Virus record (IMG/VR): IMGVR_UViG_3300024259_001623
Direction: 5' to 3' (one strand)
Source of the DNA: a virus
Taxonomy: Duplodnaviria; Caudoviricetes
Length of the DNA stretch: 64,000 nucleotides
Numbering within the stretch: position 1 is the stretch's first letter; every line of letters starts with the position of its first letter. The position numbers and the translations under genes were made by a program. The notes under the pieces are model-generated. The model saw nothing but the letters and a program-made list of their open reading frames with translations. It did not search any database and was not told where the DNA came from. This document shows, piece by piece, positions 17,557-26,806 of the stretch.

Positions 17557-18183
17557 TTATTTACTGCAATTCCTACAACTATTACAACATTTATCTTCAT
17601 CATACCATTTTGCAGTTCCATCTATAACCTTTATAGGACTGAAATCCAACCCTAAATTGTCCATCAAAACTTTAGGAGCAGTCTTCCTAGAGACTAAACT
17701 ATCATAACTGACTACTATAAAAGAATTAAAATCTAAAGTAGAATCAAATATATATTGATAAGCTTTTTGTATTCTAGTCATAGCATCTTTTGCGTCTACG
17801 GCCATTTTCCTAGAAATTTGTGATTTAATCATAGCATAATGATCTCTCACACAAATAACCAAAACGGTGCTACAATATCTCTTTTTAAACTGTAAAGAAA
17901 TATTTTTTAAATCAGGAAACATTTCATCACATGGATGGTCAGGACCAATTTGGTGAAAACCATCTGGGACTGATCTATGCATAACAACCTTGTCATAATA
18001 TTGAGCATCATCAAAAGAAAATTCTTCTTCTTCCTTAAATATTTCATTCTGTCTGCCATCATGCGGGAAAGTAAAATTATACTTAACCCCTTCACAACCA
18101 GCAGCTTGTATCAAATTATGAACAAATCTCGATCCACTAGATTCTGGTCCAACAACAACATATGCTTTCCCTCTATTCTCCAA
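17557..18183 (-). CDS. Sulfotransferase-like P-loop protein
   Basis: VVGPESSGSRF, VICVRD, VSYDSLV. Confidence 0.6.
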   Translation of the reverse strand: MENRGKAYVVVGPESSGSRFVHNLIQAAGCEGVKYNFTFPHDGRQNEIFKEEEEFSFDDAQYYDKVVMHRSVPDGFHQIGPDHPCDEMFPDLKNISLQFKKRYCSTVLVICVRDHYAMIKSQISRKMAVDAKDAMTRIQKAYQYIFDSTLDFNSFIVVSYDSLVSRKTAPKVLMDNLGLDFSPIKVIDGTAKWYDEDKCCNSCRNCSK

Positions 18184-19138
18184 TTAAAATCTCCTTCTTG
18201 TCATTTTCTTCTTCTTTTCCAGTCAAAGCTTTCATAATAGCCTTTACATCATGTTGTCTACACTTTTCTTTATAAGGACATCTCCATCCCTCATGATCGG
18301 CGAATGAATCATATATAAAAGTAGAAGGTCTATGACATTCTGGAGTTGGACAAGATTCATTTCTGATATTACTATGCAATTCATATCCTAAACAATCTGG
18401 AGAAGTTCCCGACCAACAAACAACACTTGGAATATTTAGTGCTGCCGCTGCATGTTGTAGGAAACTATCTATCAATAAAACCTTATCTGCATGCTTTAAT
18501 AAAGAAGAAAATACTTTTGCCTTGGATTCTAAAACATTAACATTTTCCAATGTTGGCTGATTTTTTGTTTTTACTTGTATAATGGCATAATCTTCCATCA
18601 TACGATTGACAACTTTTTGAGCCACTTCAAAATCTAAATCTCTTTTATGACCAGTTTCCCTAGACTTAATATAAGCAAATTTAGTTTGATTTTCTGGATT
18701 TGCTCCACCCGTGACCTGAATTAAGAACAGTGGCTTATTTAATTGATTTTTATAAAATAAAGCCTCAGCCTCTTCTGCTGCGGAAAAATAAATATCTGGA
18801 ATATAAGTTTTACATTCTATTCCTATTTTATCGCACCATGCTTTTATGATATGTTTTTTCCCATGAATATATTCAGAATCCATGTATGGATCTTCTCTTA
18901 TAATATAAACTTCATCATCATCAATAATATCATCATACAGATTTTCCGCTCCCATTCTGTAAACTTTTTTTACATTGGGATTTCCCCAAAAAACATTAGG
19001 CCAACTGGCGACAACAGATATTTCCTTATCTGGATATTGATTTTTGATGTTTTTGATTACCGCTGTAGATACAATATTTTTTCCCAGACCACCAGACACA
19101 AAAAAAGCTATTTTACTGAAATCACTTATAGATGCCAT
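18173..19138 (-). CDS. GT9-family (heptosyltransferase-like) glycosyltransferase
   Basis: SGGLGKNIVSTAVIKNIK, LLIDSFLQHAAAAL, WSGTSP..LGY. Confidence 0.75.
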   Translation of the reverse strand: MASISDFSKIAFFVSGGLGKNIVSTAVIKNIKNQYPDKEISVVASWPNVFWGNPNVKKVYRMGAENLYDDIIDDDEVYIIREDPYMDSEYIHGKKHIIKAWCDKIGIECKTYIPDIYFSAAEEAEALFYKNQLNKPLFLIQVTGGANPENQTKFAYIKSRETGHKRDLDFEVAQKVVNRMMEDYAIIQVKTKNQPTLENVNVLESKAKVFSSLLKHADKVLLIDSFLQHAAAALNIPSVVCWSGTSPDCLGYELHSNIRNESCPTPECHRPSTFIYDSFADHEGWRCPYKEKCRQHDVKAIMKALTGKEEENDKKEILIGE

Positions 19139-19147
19139 TTATCAATC

Positions 19148-19200
19148 CTTTATTATCAGTGCTACGATATACTAATAATATCGTATTTTTGATAATAAAG
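19148..19200. promoter_or_regulatory. Intergenic two-segment hairpin overlapping the GT9 RBS
   Basis: 11-bp arms 19148-19158/19190-19200 plus 8-bp arms 19163-19170/19178-19185. Confidence 0.5.
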
Positions 19201-19202
19201 TA

Positions 19203-21062
19203 TTATGATGCAGCAGTAACAATTCCATTTACAACAGTCAGATTAGAAATAGCCCCAGAGAAAGAAGCCAAGCCTTGAGTACCAGCAGAATAAATTTTAC
19301 CATCACCCTGTACTCTAACGCCAGCAGCAGCCGTTCCAACCTGCAATGATAAAGCATTTGCATTAGTTCCTGGTCCAATCTGAACTGTATTATGACATTT
19401 TGCCAAAACATCAGCGGCATCAGTAAATCCTAAAGCAAAAGATCCATTACCAGTTGCACATATATATGGACTAGCTGTTTTAGCACATGAATATCCAAAA
19501 GCTATACTACCTATTCCCTTACTGATAATTCGTGAATAATAACTACAGCAAGCATTTGATACACCACCTGCAAGAGAACCATCTCCAGAAGAGTTTATAA
19601 AACCAATTGTATTTGCCGACCCAGAAACAGACTTAACAAGACCAAAAGCTAATGAAGATACACCAGAGGCATTAATTTTTGCACATCCCTGATAATGATC
19701 CCAACAATCAGCCCCGGTTGGCGATGCAGATATTGCATAAACTCTTCCGAAAGCCATTGATCCTTCGCCACAACTAGTAATACTAGATACGGTATAACAT
19801 CCAGTTGTGCAATTGGAACCACAAGCAGAATAAGCGGAACCGAATGCTTGTGATCCATTTCCTATCGCATTTATCCAACTACATGATGTATATGAGTTAG
19901 TGGAACCATGAGCCGATGAACCGACGCCTGCACTTTTGACAAAAGATAGGCTCTTCCGGCAACAATAGCTTGCAGCAGCAAGTGTACAAGAAGAAACTGA
20001 GCCTGTAGCAAAACTACCAGCACCCGCAGCAAAAATATTTCCTCTAGGATTACCACAAAAATTAGGAGTACCTGAGACTACATGACCATTAGCCATTGCC
20101 CCAAAACCAGTAGATTTGATTCCAGAAGTTGAATCAGCCGCATATACTGATGATGCTTGGCAAACACATTGAGATACATGCCCAGAAGCCGTAGATCCCT
20201 TATTAGATGCTAATATATATGAACAACAAGCATCTCCTAAAGCCTCTACCATACCTCTAGAAGAAGCTCCCTGGGCTGAAGATTTAATAGAACCCCATAT
20301 ATCATATGCAGTAAGGCTATTTTCAACTAAAACATAACCTGATGATGATGTACCAGAGTCTCGGCTCTCTATCGAACCTCTAGACTGGTAAACACTTACA
20401 ATATCTCCAAACGCGATACTTCCCCTGGCGTTAGCGTGAGTATATATATTTGAAGTAACAGCACAATTTGGACCACTACACAATGTTCCAAAAACTAATG
20501 AACCAGCCCCTTTATTATGCAAACTTGAGGCACCTGAATAATTACTACTCATTTCCGAATGTCCAAAAGTTACAGTACCAGAGCCAAAAGATGTTATCGT
20601 TGATGTTCCATCCTCATAAGCTTTTGTATATCCATTAGCAAAAGAACCCTTACCGGAAGCGTAAATGCCAGAATATGCTCCAGGTAACCCTGCACCTATA
20701 ACTCCAGTTACACAAGCCATTCCTCTAGCAAATGCACCCTTACCGCTGGCATTTATTCTTGCAAAAGAACAATATCCAGCAGGCGAATCATTAGATAATA
20801 TACCTCCAGCTATTCCTCCGCAATTTGCGGACAACAAAGTACAATCACCAGCAGAATAAACCTGACCAGATAAAAATCCTCCATCTTTAGAACTAAGCGT
20901 ATAACAACCAGAACCTGATATATTATGTATCTTATTTATATCTACCGTTGTAGCGCACATATCTGCGGCACATATTCTATATCCATTAGCGTCTAAATCT
21001 CCACCTAATTGGGGAGATGTATCATTAATAAGATCAGTATCAACTATTCTTGCCCAACCCAT
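19203..21062 (-). CDS. Tail-fibre/adhesin-like protein, Gly/Ser/Cys-rich
   Basis: N-terminal DTSPQLGGDLDANG motif seen in phage fibres; about 16 copies of an xxGxGSxAxG-like repeat (YadA/Hep-Hag-like); C-terminal LTVVNGIVT. Confidence 0.7.
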   Translation of the reverse strand: MGWARIVDTDLINDTSPQLGGDLDANGYRICAADMCATTVDINKIHNISGSGCYTLSSKDGGFLSGQVYSAGDCTLLSANCGGIAGGILSNDSPAGYCSFARINASGKGAFARGMACVTGVIGAGLPGAYSGIYASGKGSFANGYTKAYEDGTSTITSFGSGTVTFGHSEMSSNYSGASSLHNKGAGSLVFGTLCSGPNCAVTSNIYTHANARGSIAFGDIVSVYQSRGSIESRDSGTSSSGYVLVENSLTAYDIWGSIKSSAQGASSRGMVEALGDACCSYILASNKGSTASGHVSQCVCQASSVYAADSTSGIKSTGFGAMANGHVVSGTPNFCGNPRGNIFAAGAGSFATGSVSSCTLAAASYCCRKSLSFVKSAGVGSSAHGSTNSYTSCSWINAIGNGSQAFGSAYSACGSNCTTGCYTVSSITSCGEGSMAFGRVYAISASPTGADCWDHYQGCAKINASGVSSLAFGLVKSVSGSANTIGFINSSGDGSLAGGVSNACCSYYSRIISKGIGSIAFGYSCAKTASPYICATGNGSFALGFTDAADVLAKCHNTVQIGPGTNANALSLQVGTAAAGVRVQGDGKIYSAGTQGLASFSGAISNLTVVNGIVTAAS

Positions 21063-21110
21063 ATTATTTTCCTTATTTAATCTTTAAAAAGATTGTACAT
21101 ATCTCTTTTG

Positions 21111-21138
21111 GATACAAAAATAATAGTCTTATTCCTTT
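21111..21138 (-). promoter_or_regulatory. Putative phage-sigma promoter AAAGG-N18-GTATC
   Basis: Upstream of the fibre operon; same spacing as the other copies. Confidence 0.5.
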
Positions 21139-21146
21139 TTTATATT

Positions 21147-21494
21147 TTATTCTACATTTTCTACATTATCAACAACTGCTTCTTCAAAACCTCCATCATT
21201 ATTCATATCATCGTTCATAAGCATTTTTTCTGGTATATTATAGAAATTAGCTATAATTGTTTGTATATACGGAGCCAATGGTGTTACATCGCTAAGACCC
21301 AAGGATACTGCTGCTAAAGAAGCCCCATTTTGTACTGCGTTATCTAACGTATCTTTATCAGTTATCATCATCATTACGCCATTATCAAACAAAGTATTAC
21401 CTTTGTATAAGTTGACTAACCATTCTGCCATCTTTAATGATACATCATCAGTAGGAGTCTGCATTGTTTGAGATTTTTTATACCAGTTATTCAT
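21147..21494 (-). CDS. WYK-leader hypothetical protein (acidic)
   Basis: Starts MNNWYKKSQ. Confidence 0.7.
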   Translation of the reverse strand: MNNWYKKSQTMQTPTDDVSLKMAEWLVNLYKGNTLFDNGVMMMITDKDTLDNAVQNGASLAAVSLGLSDVTPLAPYIQTIIANFYNIPEKMLMNDDMNNDGGFEEAVVDNVENVE

Positions 21495-21756
21495 AATCTC
21501 TTACCTCCCATTCTGACTTTTCTTCATCAGTCATATTTTCTTCCAAAATAGGAAAAACTCTATTAAAAACTTTTAACCATATATCACTACGTCTTAAATC
21601 TCTTTTTTCTATTTTTTTAACTGCACAAATAGAATCAGTCAATCTATCAACAATCTGTTCTATATTTAAACCAGAATTACTCAACTGTTTCGCTTTGTCA
21701 TCAACATACGTTTCAAACTGATTCTTTAAAGATATTGCTTTTTTATACCAATTCAT
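21487..21756 (-). CDS. WYK-leader hypothetical protein
   Basis: Starts MNWYKKAIS. Confidence 0.7.
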   Translation of the reverse strand: MNWYKKAISLKNQFETYVDDKAKQLSNSGLNIEQIVDRLTDSICAVKKIEKRDLRRSDIWLKVFNRVFPILEENMTDEEKSEWEVRDYE

Positions 21757-22468
21757 ATCTGTATCTCTCAGGGATTATGATATCTCCTAATCCCAAAACG
21801 GTCATTAACTTTTCCCAAGAAATCTTGTAAAACCCTTTTCTGCAATAAGTTATATCTCTATTGTTATGTCTATCATTATGAGGATCAGCTAGACAAACAT
21901 ATTTTTGATCATATCCTACGCATATAACCATATGTCTTTCTGACTCTCCTAGTATAGGGTCTTGTTTATCATTTTCATTATACTTAGGTTTTCTAAATAA
22001 AACTGTCCAATTTATTGTTAATAAAACTGGATTTCTGTTATCTATATTCCTTCTTATATGATAACCAAAATTGTTATCTATAATAATTTTATTAATTCTT
22101 TGTTTTTCGCAAAGAAATTTATATAGACTATAGGCAGAACCAGAAAAATCCGCTTCCGAATCTTTTCTATATTTCTTCATCAATTCTTTTTTTATTGCAG
22201 TTTTATTTAATCTTGACCAAGTAAAATCTACTATATTAAGATCGCTAGTAACTATTGAGACTTTTTTAAATCCCAATTTATTTAATAAAATTCCTATTTC
22301 TCCGGTGTCCATCCCTTCATCTGAAAAATCGCTACTTATTTTCTTAGCTAATTTTCTAGTCAATTCATAACTTATTTCATTATTATAATAGTTGGCAACA
22401 GAAGCCGATGCAGCAACACCGCATTCCGCCATGTTTTGTTTAAATATCGTTATAGGCAAAACTCTCAT
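21743..22468 (-). CDS. C39-like (papain-fold) cysteine peptidase
   Basis: QNMAECGVAA (Q-x4-C), HMVICVGYD, ADPH: Cys-His-Asp triad. Confidence 0.75.
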   Translation of the reverse strand: MRVLPITIFKQNMAECGVAASASVANYYNNEISYELTRKLAKKISSDFSDEGMDTGEIGILLNKLGFKKVSIVTSDLNIVDFTWSRLNKTAIKKELMKKYRKDSEADFSGSAYSLYKFLCEKQRINKIIIDNNFGYHIRRNIDNRNPVLLTINWTVLFRKPKYNENDKQDPILGESERHMVICVGYDQKYVCLADPHNDRHNNRDITYCRKGFYKISWEKLMTVLGLGDIIIPERYRYELV

Positions 22469-22496
22469 TACTAAACCTCTAAACGATGACTTTTAA

Positions 22497-22524
22497 ACTT
22501 CTATTGTATACATTTACAACCTTT
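22497..22524 (-). promoter_or_regulatory. Putative phage-sigma promoter AAAGG-N18-GAAGT
   Basis: Upstream of the C39 gene and two WYK genes. Confidence 0.55.
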
Positions 22525-22539
22525 AACAAAACATTTTAT

Positions 22540-23046
22540 TTAACGAAGTTGTTTAGCTTTCTCCTTAGCCCTATAAAATAGAACCTTTAATAGCTTTTTT
22601 GCATCCTGTTCTTCGCTAAAATGATCTTCTATTATAGGCCGATAAATTTCAGATATCTCTTTCGCCTTTTTCCCCCTTAAAATCTCATAAGCCATTCCCA
22701 TAGAAAAAGCGTCTATTTCTTCTGGGTCAGCAAAATAAAAATTCTTTTCCTTCTGTCTTGTCAACCAATGATGTAATTCATGAACAACATAATGAAGACC
22801 ATTCTCAAAAAAGTCTCCTTTCTCAATTATTTTTTTATTTAAAATAATAGTTTTACTGTCCGATTGAGCCTTCTTTCCATCTAACTCTTTAACCTCAAAA
22901 GTCAAATGATCATCAACCCTGTCTAGTGGAACAGAATGTGCATTAAACATATCTACAAAAAATTTATTACTCTTTATGATCTTTTTAAGTCTAGAATTAA
23001 TATCTTTTTGAGATAGTTTAGTTTTTGCAGTAATATACCAAGTCAT
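22540..23046 (-). CDS. WYK-like-leader protein with HExxH metallopeptidase motif
   Basis: Starts MTWYITAK; VVHELHH followed by EEIDAF. Confidence 0.65.
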   Translation of the reverse strand: MTWYITAKTKLSQKDINSRLKKIIKSNKFFVDMFNAHSVPLDRVDDHLTFEVKELDGKKAQSDSKTIILNKKIIEKGDFFENGLHYVVHELHHWLTRQKEKNFYFADPEEIDAFSMGMAYEILRGKKAKEISEIYRPIIEDHFSEEQDAKKLLKVLFYRAKEKAKQLR

Positions 23047-25613
23047 TATATAATGTCCAATTTAGCTAAAGATATAGTATCTGTCAAGTCAAATGCCTTC
23101 TTAGTGCCTTTGTATTTGCTATTTGTCCATTCAACAATAATTGCATTATCCTTTAGAGAAACTATTCTTCCTTCAATTGGTTCAAAAGCTAATCCCATTA
23201 CATACCTAACTCTTTGTCCTTCCTTGTACTGAGACTGCATATCTCTATTCATCCTCACAACGCCGTGACTTCTCTCTAAGGCTGGTATTCCTTCTTCATA
23301 TCCATCATATCCTTCTGGTCCTTGACCAGAACTGGCATCAGCCTGTTTGATATTGGCTTGTTTATCTGTTTCTTTCATTTGCTGTCTCCAAAGGTTAGCA
23401 AACTGTTTCGCAATACCTTTTACCTGAACTTCCGCCTGCTCTGCGGTCATAACTCTTTGCATCCACTGCTGTTCCTTCAATGCGTCTATAATATATGTCA
23501 TGAAATGAACTGGTCTATTCCCATATCTACGTGTAGACATGATAGTAGCATTTTGTGCTACCATCTCAGGCTCAATCTCTTGAACTAGTTGTTTTATTTT
23601 TACGCCATCTATTACAGGCTTATGAACTAAATCTCCCATCTGCTCTCTATATTCTTCTATTGCCTTCAACTGGCGTTCTCTATTCTGCTTTATTTCTGCT
23701 GTCTCTGCTTCAGATAAATCTCCCTTACTCAAAGAATCTGCGTAAGCGTGATCTAATATATGCTTGTAAAACTCATTCGTTTTAGCTAAGAATTTTCCTA
23801 TAGTTTTAGGTTTCATACCAGAAAAATTATGAGGAGCCATATGATGACGAATAACAGTTTCAACAAACTTCTTTTCATGAGGCTCAAATCCCATTGAGGT
23901 CATCATACGTTTAGCGAAATCAGCAGATTCAAAATCATGCTTCATATACATCTTTCTCTCTATTGGTGTTTCGCCTCTCTGGAAAGTAGCTGGTACGCCC
24001 TGCTTATCCTTTTTACTCACTCTAACTTTAGGATTCATCTTACCAAAGTCATGAAGCATAGTTGACAACATCATCAACCCTCTTTCTTTTGCAGGGATAC
24101 CAGTTTCCTTAGCCACATCATTATAGTGTTCCATAACTTTCAAAGTATGTTCCATAAGCGTCAAATTGTGGAACGGACTTTGCTGGTCCATATCAATATC
24201 TAACCAATCTTCTGGAATTTGAAAAGCATGTCTATATAATCCAGTCTCGAATAACAATCTAGCTCCATCTACCGATCTATCGCTTTCCATGATCTTTCTG
24301 ATTTCTTTTGCTGCTCTAGATGGATGAACCTTACTTTTATATATTTTAGACAATTCAGATTCAGGATCTTTTAATGTCTTCATAACATCAATGATAGCTG
24401 GATCAATCTTAGCATTAGGATATCTAGAGTAGAACCTTAAAACTCTTAACATTCTTAATGGGTCTTCTGAAAAAGTCTTCATAGGATCTACAGGTGTTTT
24501 TAATTCCATATTCTTCAAATCTTCTTCTCCACCTACATAATCTTCTACTTGTCCAGTTTCTACATTATAATATAAAGCGTTTATTGTTAAATCTCTTCTA
24601 ACTACATCTTCTCTTACATCATTGGTTGGTGCTACGATAGGCTTTCTAGACTCTGGCGTATACTTTTCAGTTCTGAATTGTACAAATTCTATTTTATCGC
24701 CAAAAATATTAATCCCGCCAACAGAAAGATTTTCGTCTGGAGATTCTTCGGTCTTATCAACAACCTTATCTAGGCTAACCTGATATGGTTCTCCTACATT
24801 TGGTATACTATTAACTTGCGCATATTGACCGATGTATTTTGCGAAATCATATCCTGTCATATTATTGATAGCGATATCAATATCATCGCTTTCCAATCCT
24901 AACAGTTTATCTCTAACCCAACCGCCAGCTACTCTTAACTCAACATCTTTTGTTTCTGAAAAACTATTTTTTACGCTCAATAGGAAACTAAATATCTTGT
25001 TTTCTTGGTCTGTTAACTGTATTTGAGTCTCTGACTGTGCGTATTTTTTCAGGTTAAAAGACTTATTAGCTTTAGTTAATCTCATAGCTGGGATTTCAGT
25101 GATAATACTAGTTTCTATATTTGGTGTTTCATCCTTTACTATATCAAAAATCTTTTGTTTATTTTCAAAATCTTCTCTAACGAATACATGAGCTAACTCT
25201 GCTTGATCACGAGAGTCATCATCTATTATATATAAACCGCCAATATGATCACGATTAGCAGGATATCCTATCAAAATAGGATGATCCAACAAATGCTTTT
25301 TGATAAACTTTAAAGAAAATAGATATTTACTTATTGGTGGAATACCATTTTTCAATATGTGTCTTAGATCTATTACATCAGACGGGATATATACATAACC
25401 ACAGCTTCCTTCTTCGCTAAAAAGCTCTTCCAATACTAAATCTGGATAGTACATAAATTCTTCTTTTAAGTATCTGTATGATGCCAAACACTTAAATATA
25501 TCTTTAACTTCACAAGGACAAAGAGATCTATTAGAGATCTCTTGTGCCTTTTCTTTTATTTTTCTTTTATATATTAATGACATTTTATTATCTCTTTTTT
25601 CTTCCGCATCCAC
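23046..25613 (-). CDS. cca: Class II CCA-adding enzyme with HD domain and extra N- and C-terminal domains
   Basis: LRVAGGWVRDKLLG, DIDIA, RTEKY..SRKP, RRDLTINAL, EDPLRMLRVLRF, HTLKV...LHDFGK...HHM. Real start may be MSLIY (25583). Confidence 0.88.
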   Translation of the reverse strand: MDAEEKRDNKMSLIYKRKIKEKAQEISNRSLCPCEVKDIFKCLASYRYLKEEFMYYPDLVLEELFSEEGSCGYVYIPSDVIDLRHILKNGIPPISKYLFSLKFIKKHLLDHPILIGYPANRDHIGGLYIIDDDSRDQAELAHVFVREDFENKQKIFDIVKDETPNIETSIITEIPAMRLTKANKSFNLKKYAQSETQIQLTDQENKIFSFLLSVKNSFSETKDVELRVAGGWVRDKLLGLESDDIDIAINNMTGYDFAKYIGQYAQVNSIPNVGEPYQVSLDKVVDKTEESPDENLSVGGINIFGDKIEFVQFRTEKYTPESRKPIVAPTNDVREDVVRRDLTINALYYNVETGQVEDYVGGEEDLKNMELKTPVDPMKTFSEDPLRMLRVLRFYSRYPNAKIDPAIIDVMKTLKDPESELSKIYKSKVHPSRAAKEIRKIMESDRSVDGARLLFETGLYRHAFQIPEDWLDIDMDQQSPFHNLTLMEHTLKVMEHYNDVAKETGIPAKERGLMMLSTMLHDFGKMNPKVRVSKKDKQGVPATFQRGETPIERKMYMKHDFESADFAKRMMTSMGFEPHEKKFVETVIRHHMAPHNFSGMKPKTIGKFLAKTNEFYKHILDHAYADSLSKGDLSEAETAEIKQNRERQLKAIEEYREQMGDLVHKPVIDGVKIKQLVQEIEPEMVAQNATIMSTRRYGNRPVHFMTYIIDALKEQQWMQRVMTAEQAEVQVKGIAKQFANLWRQQMKETDKQANIKQADASSGQGPEGYDGYEEGIPALERSHGVVRMNRDMQSQYKEGQRVRYVMGLAFEPIEGRIVSLKDNAIIVEWTNSKYKGTKKAFDLTDTISLAKLDII

Positions 25614-25779
25614 AAGATTTTTTCTTTCTAATAGTGCTTGGTTTAACGCCTGACAACTTGGCTTCAGCAGCCATTTTCTTCAAGAATTTAATCTTTTTCT
25701 TATATTCAGGTGTAGACATAATTTTTTGCTGTCTTTTTCTTCTTGTCTTATATCTTGCATAAACACTTTTCTTAGCCAT
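25588..25779 (-). CDS. Small basic protein ending KKKSCGCGRKKR
   Basis: 63 aa, K/R-rich, AAGG RBS. Confidence 0.65.
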   Translation of the reverse strand: MAKKSVYARYKTRRKRQQKIMSTPEYKKKIKFLKKMAAEAKLSGVKPSTIRKKKSCGCGRKKR

Positions 25780-25791
25780 AGAAGTTACCTT

Positions 25792-26436
25792 TTATTGTTG
25801 TAAACCAATTTCTAAATCTCCCACGCTCTTAGAAAGGTCTTCCAATACTGACATCAATTCTCTCTTAACTTCTTCAGAAGTGCTTTTCTTAATTCTAGAA
25901 GATATAATATTTTTGAGATTCTCTATTAAAATATAAACAGGTTCCATTCTTCCTTCAATCTCATCTTGCTTATCTTCCAAACCTGTTATTGTATCACTAA
26001 TCTTTTTAATTGCATCTACGCTTCTTCTACGCTCGTCTAAGCTCAAAGGTACAGTCTCAGCAGCGATAAGAACCATTTCATTACTTAGTATAGCTATTCT
26101 TCCTTCGATAGAAGCTCTTCTATCCTGACGCATAGCAAGCCATTTCTTTAACTCACCAGAATATTCTTGTAACTTTAAAGCTCTTTCTTGCTTCTTATAA
26201 TGGATAAGTATATGATTTCTCACGGCCATATAAGAAATCTCTTCACCTTTACTTTGTAAAAACTTATGAACAATTTTCATATTGTTTAATTTGTCATATT
26301 CATCTTCGGCCTTTTGCCTGAATTTAGACTGGCAAAATTTACAATTACTTTTGTTGACTACTCCATCAAATCCATCTATGAAGTCTACAATAACGTTACA
26401 CTTTTCTGCTTTTTGTATTTCTTTCGATTCTGACAT
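25792..26436 (-). CDS. Hypothetical protein, CxxC...HxxxH zinc-finger-like plus coiled coil
   Basis: CKFC and HILIH, then a long helical region. Confidence 0.6.
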   Translation of the reverse strand: MSESKEIQKAEKCNVIVDFIDGFDGVVNKSNCKFCQSKFRQKAEDEYDKLNNMKIVHKFLQSKGEEISYMAVRNHILIHYKKQERALKLQEYSGELKKWLAMRQDRRASIEGRIAILSNEMVLIAAETVPLSLDERRRSVDAIKKISDTITGLEDKQDEIEGRMEPVYILIENLKNIISSRIKKSTSEEVKRELMSVLEDLSKSVGDLEIGLQQ

Positions 26437-26440
26437 CTCA

Positions 26441-26806
26441 TTACTTCCTTTCTTTTATCTGATTAGGCAAAAATTTCTGTACAAAATCCGACCTCTCTTG
26501 TTCCATTTCTTGAACTTTTAAGTACAATATATCAAAAGCCTGCTCACAAGCTTGAGCAAAAGCATAATAATTATCTAATGCACGATCAGCACCCATCAAC
26601 AATACCTCTTTCGCCCTTGGATGTGAAGACATTTTTTTATCATGTGCTATTTGCAAAGCAATTAATCTGGCATGAGGAGCATTTTGATAGACATATTTCT
26701 TCAAATAATTAATAATTCCAATAACTTCCTTGAAATCTTTAATCTTTGCGTTTAAGTCGTTCCTTTCTTTGAACGATTCTATTTTGGAAAGCTTATACCA
26801 GTCCAA
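26441..26806 (-). CDS. WYK-leader hypothetical protein
   Basis: Starts MDWYKLSK. Confidence 0.7.
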   Translation of the reverse strand: MDWYKLSKIESFKERNDLNAKIKDFKEVIGIINYLKKYVYQNAPHARLIALQIAHDKKMSSHPRAKEVLLMGADRALDNYYAFAQACEQAFDILYLKVQEMEQERSDFVQKFLPNQIKERK

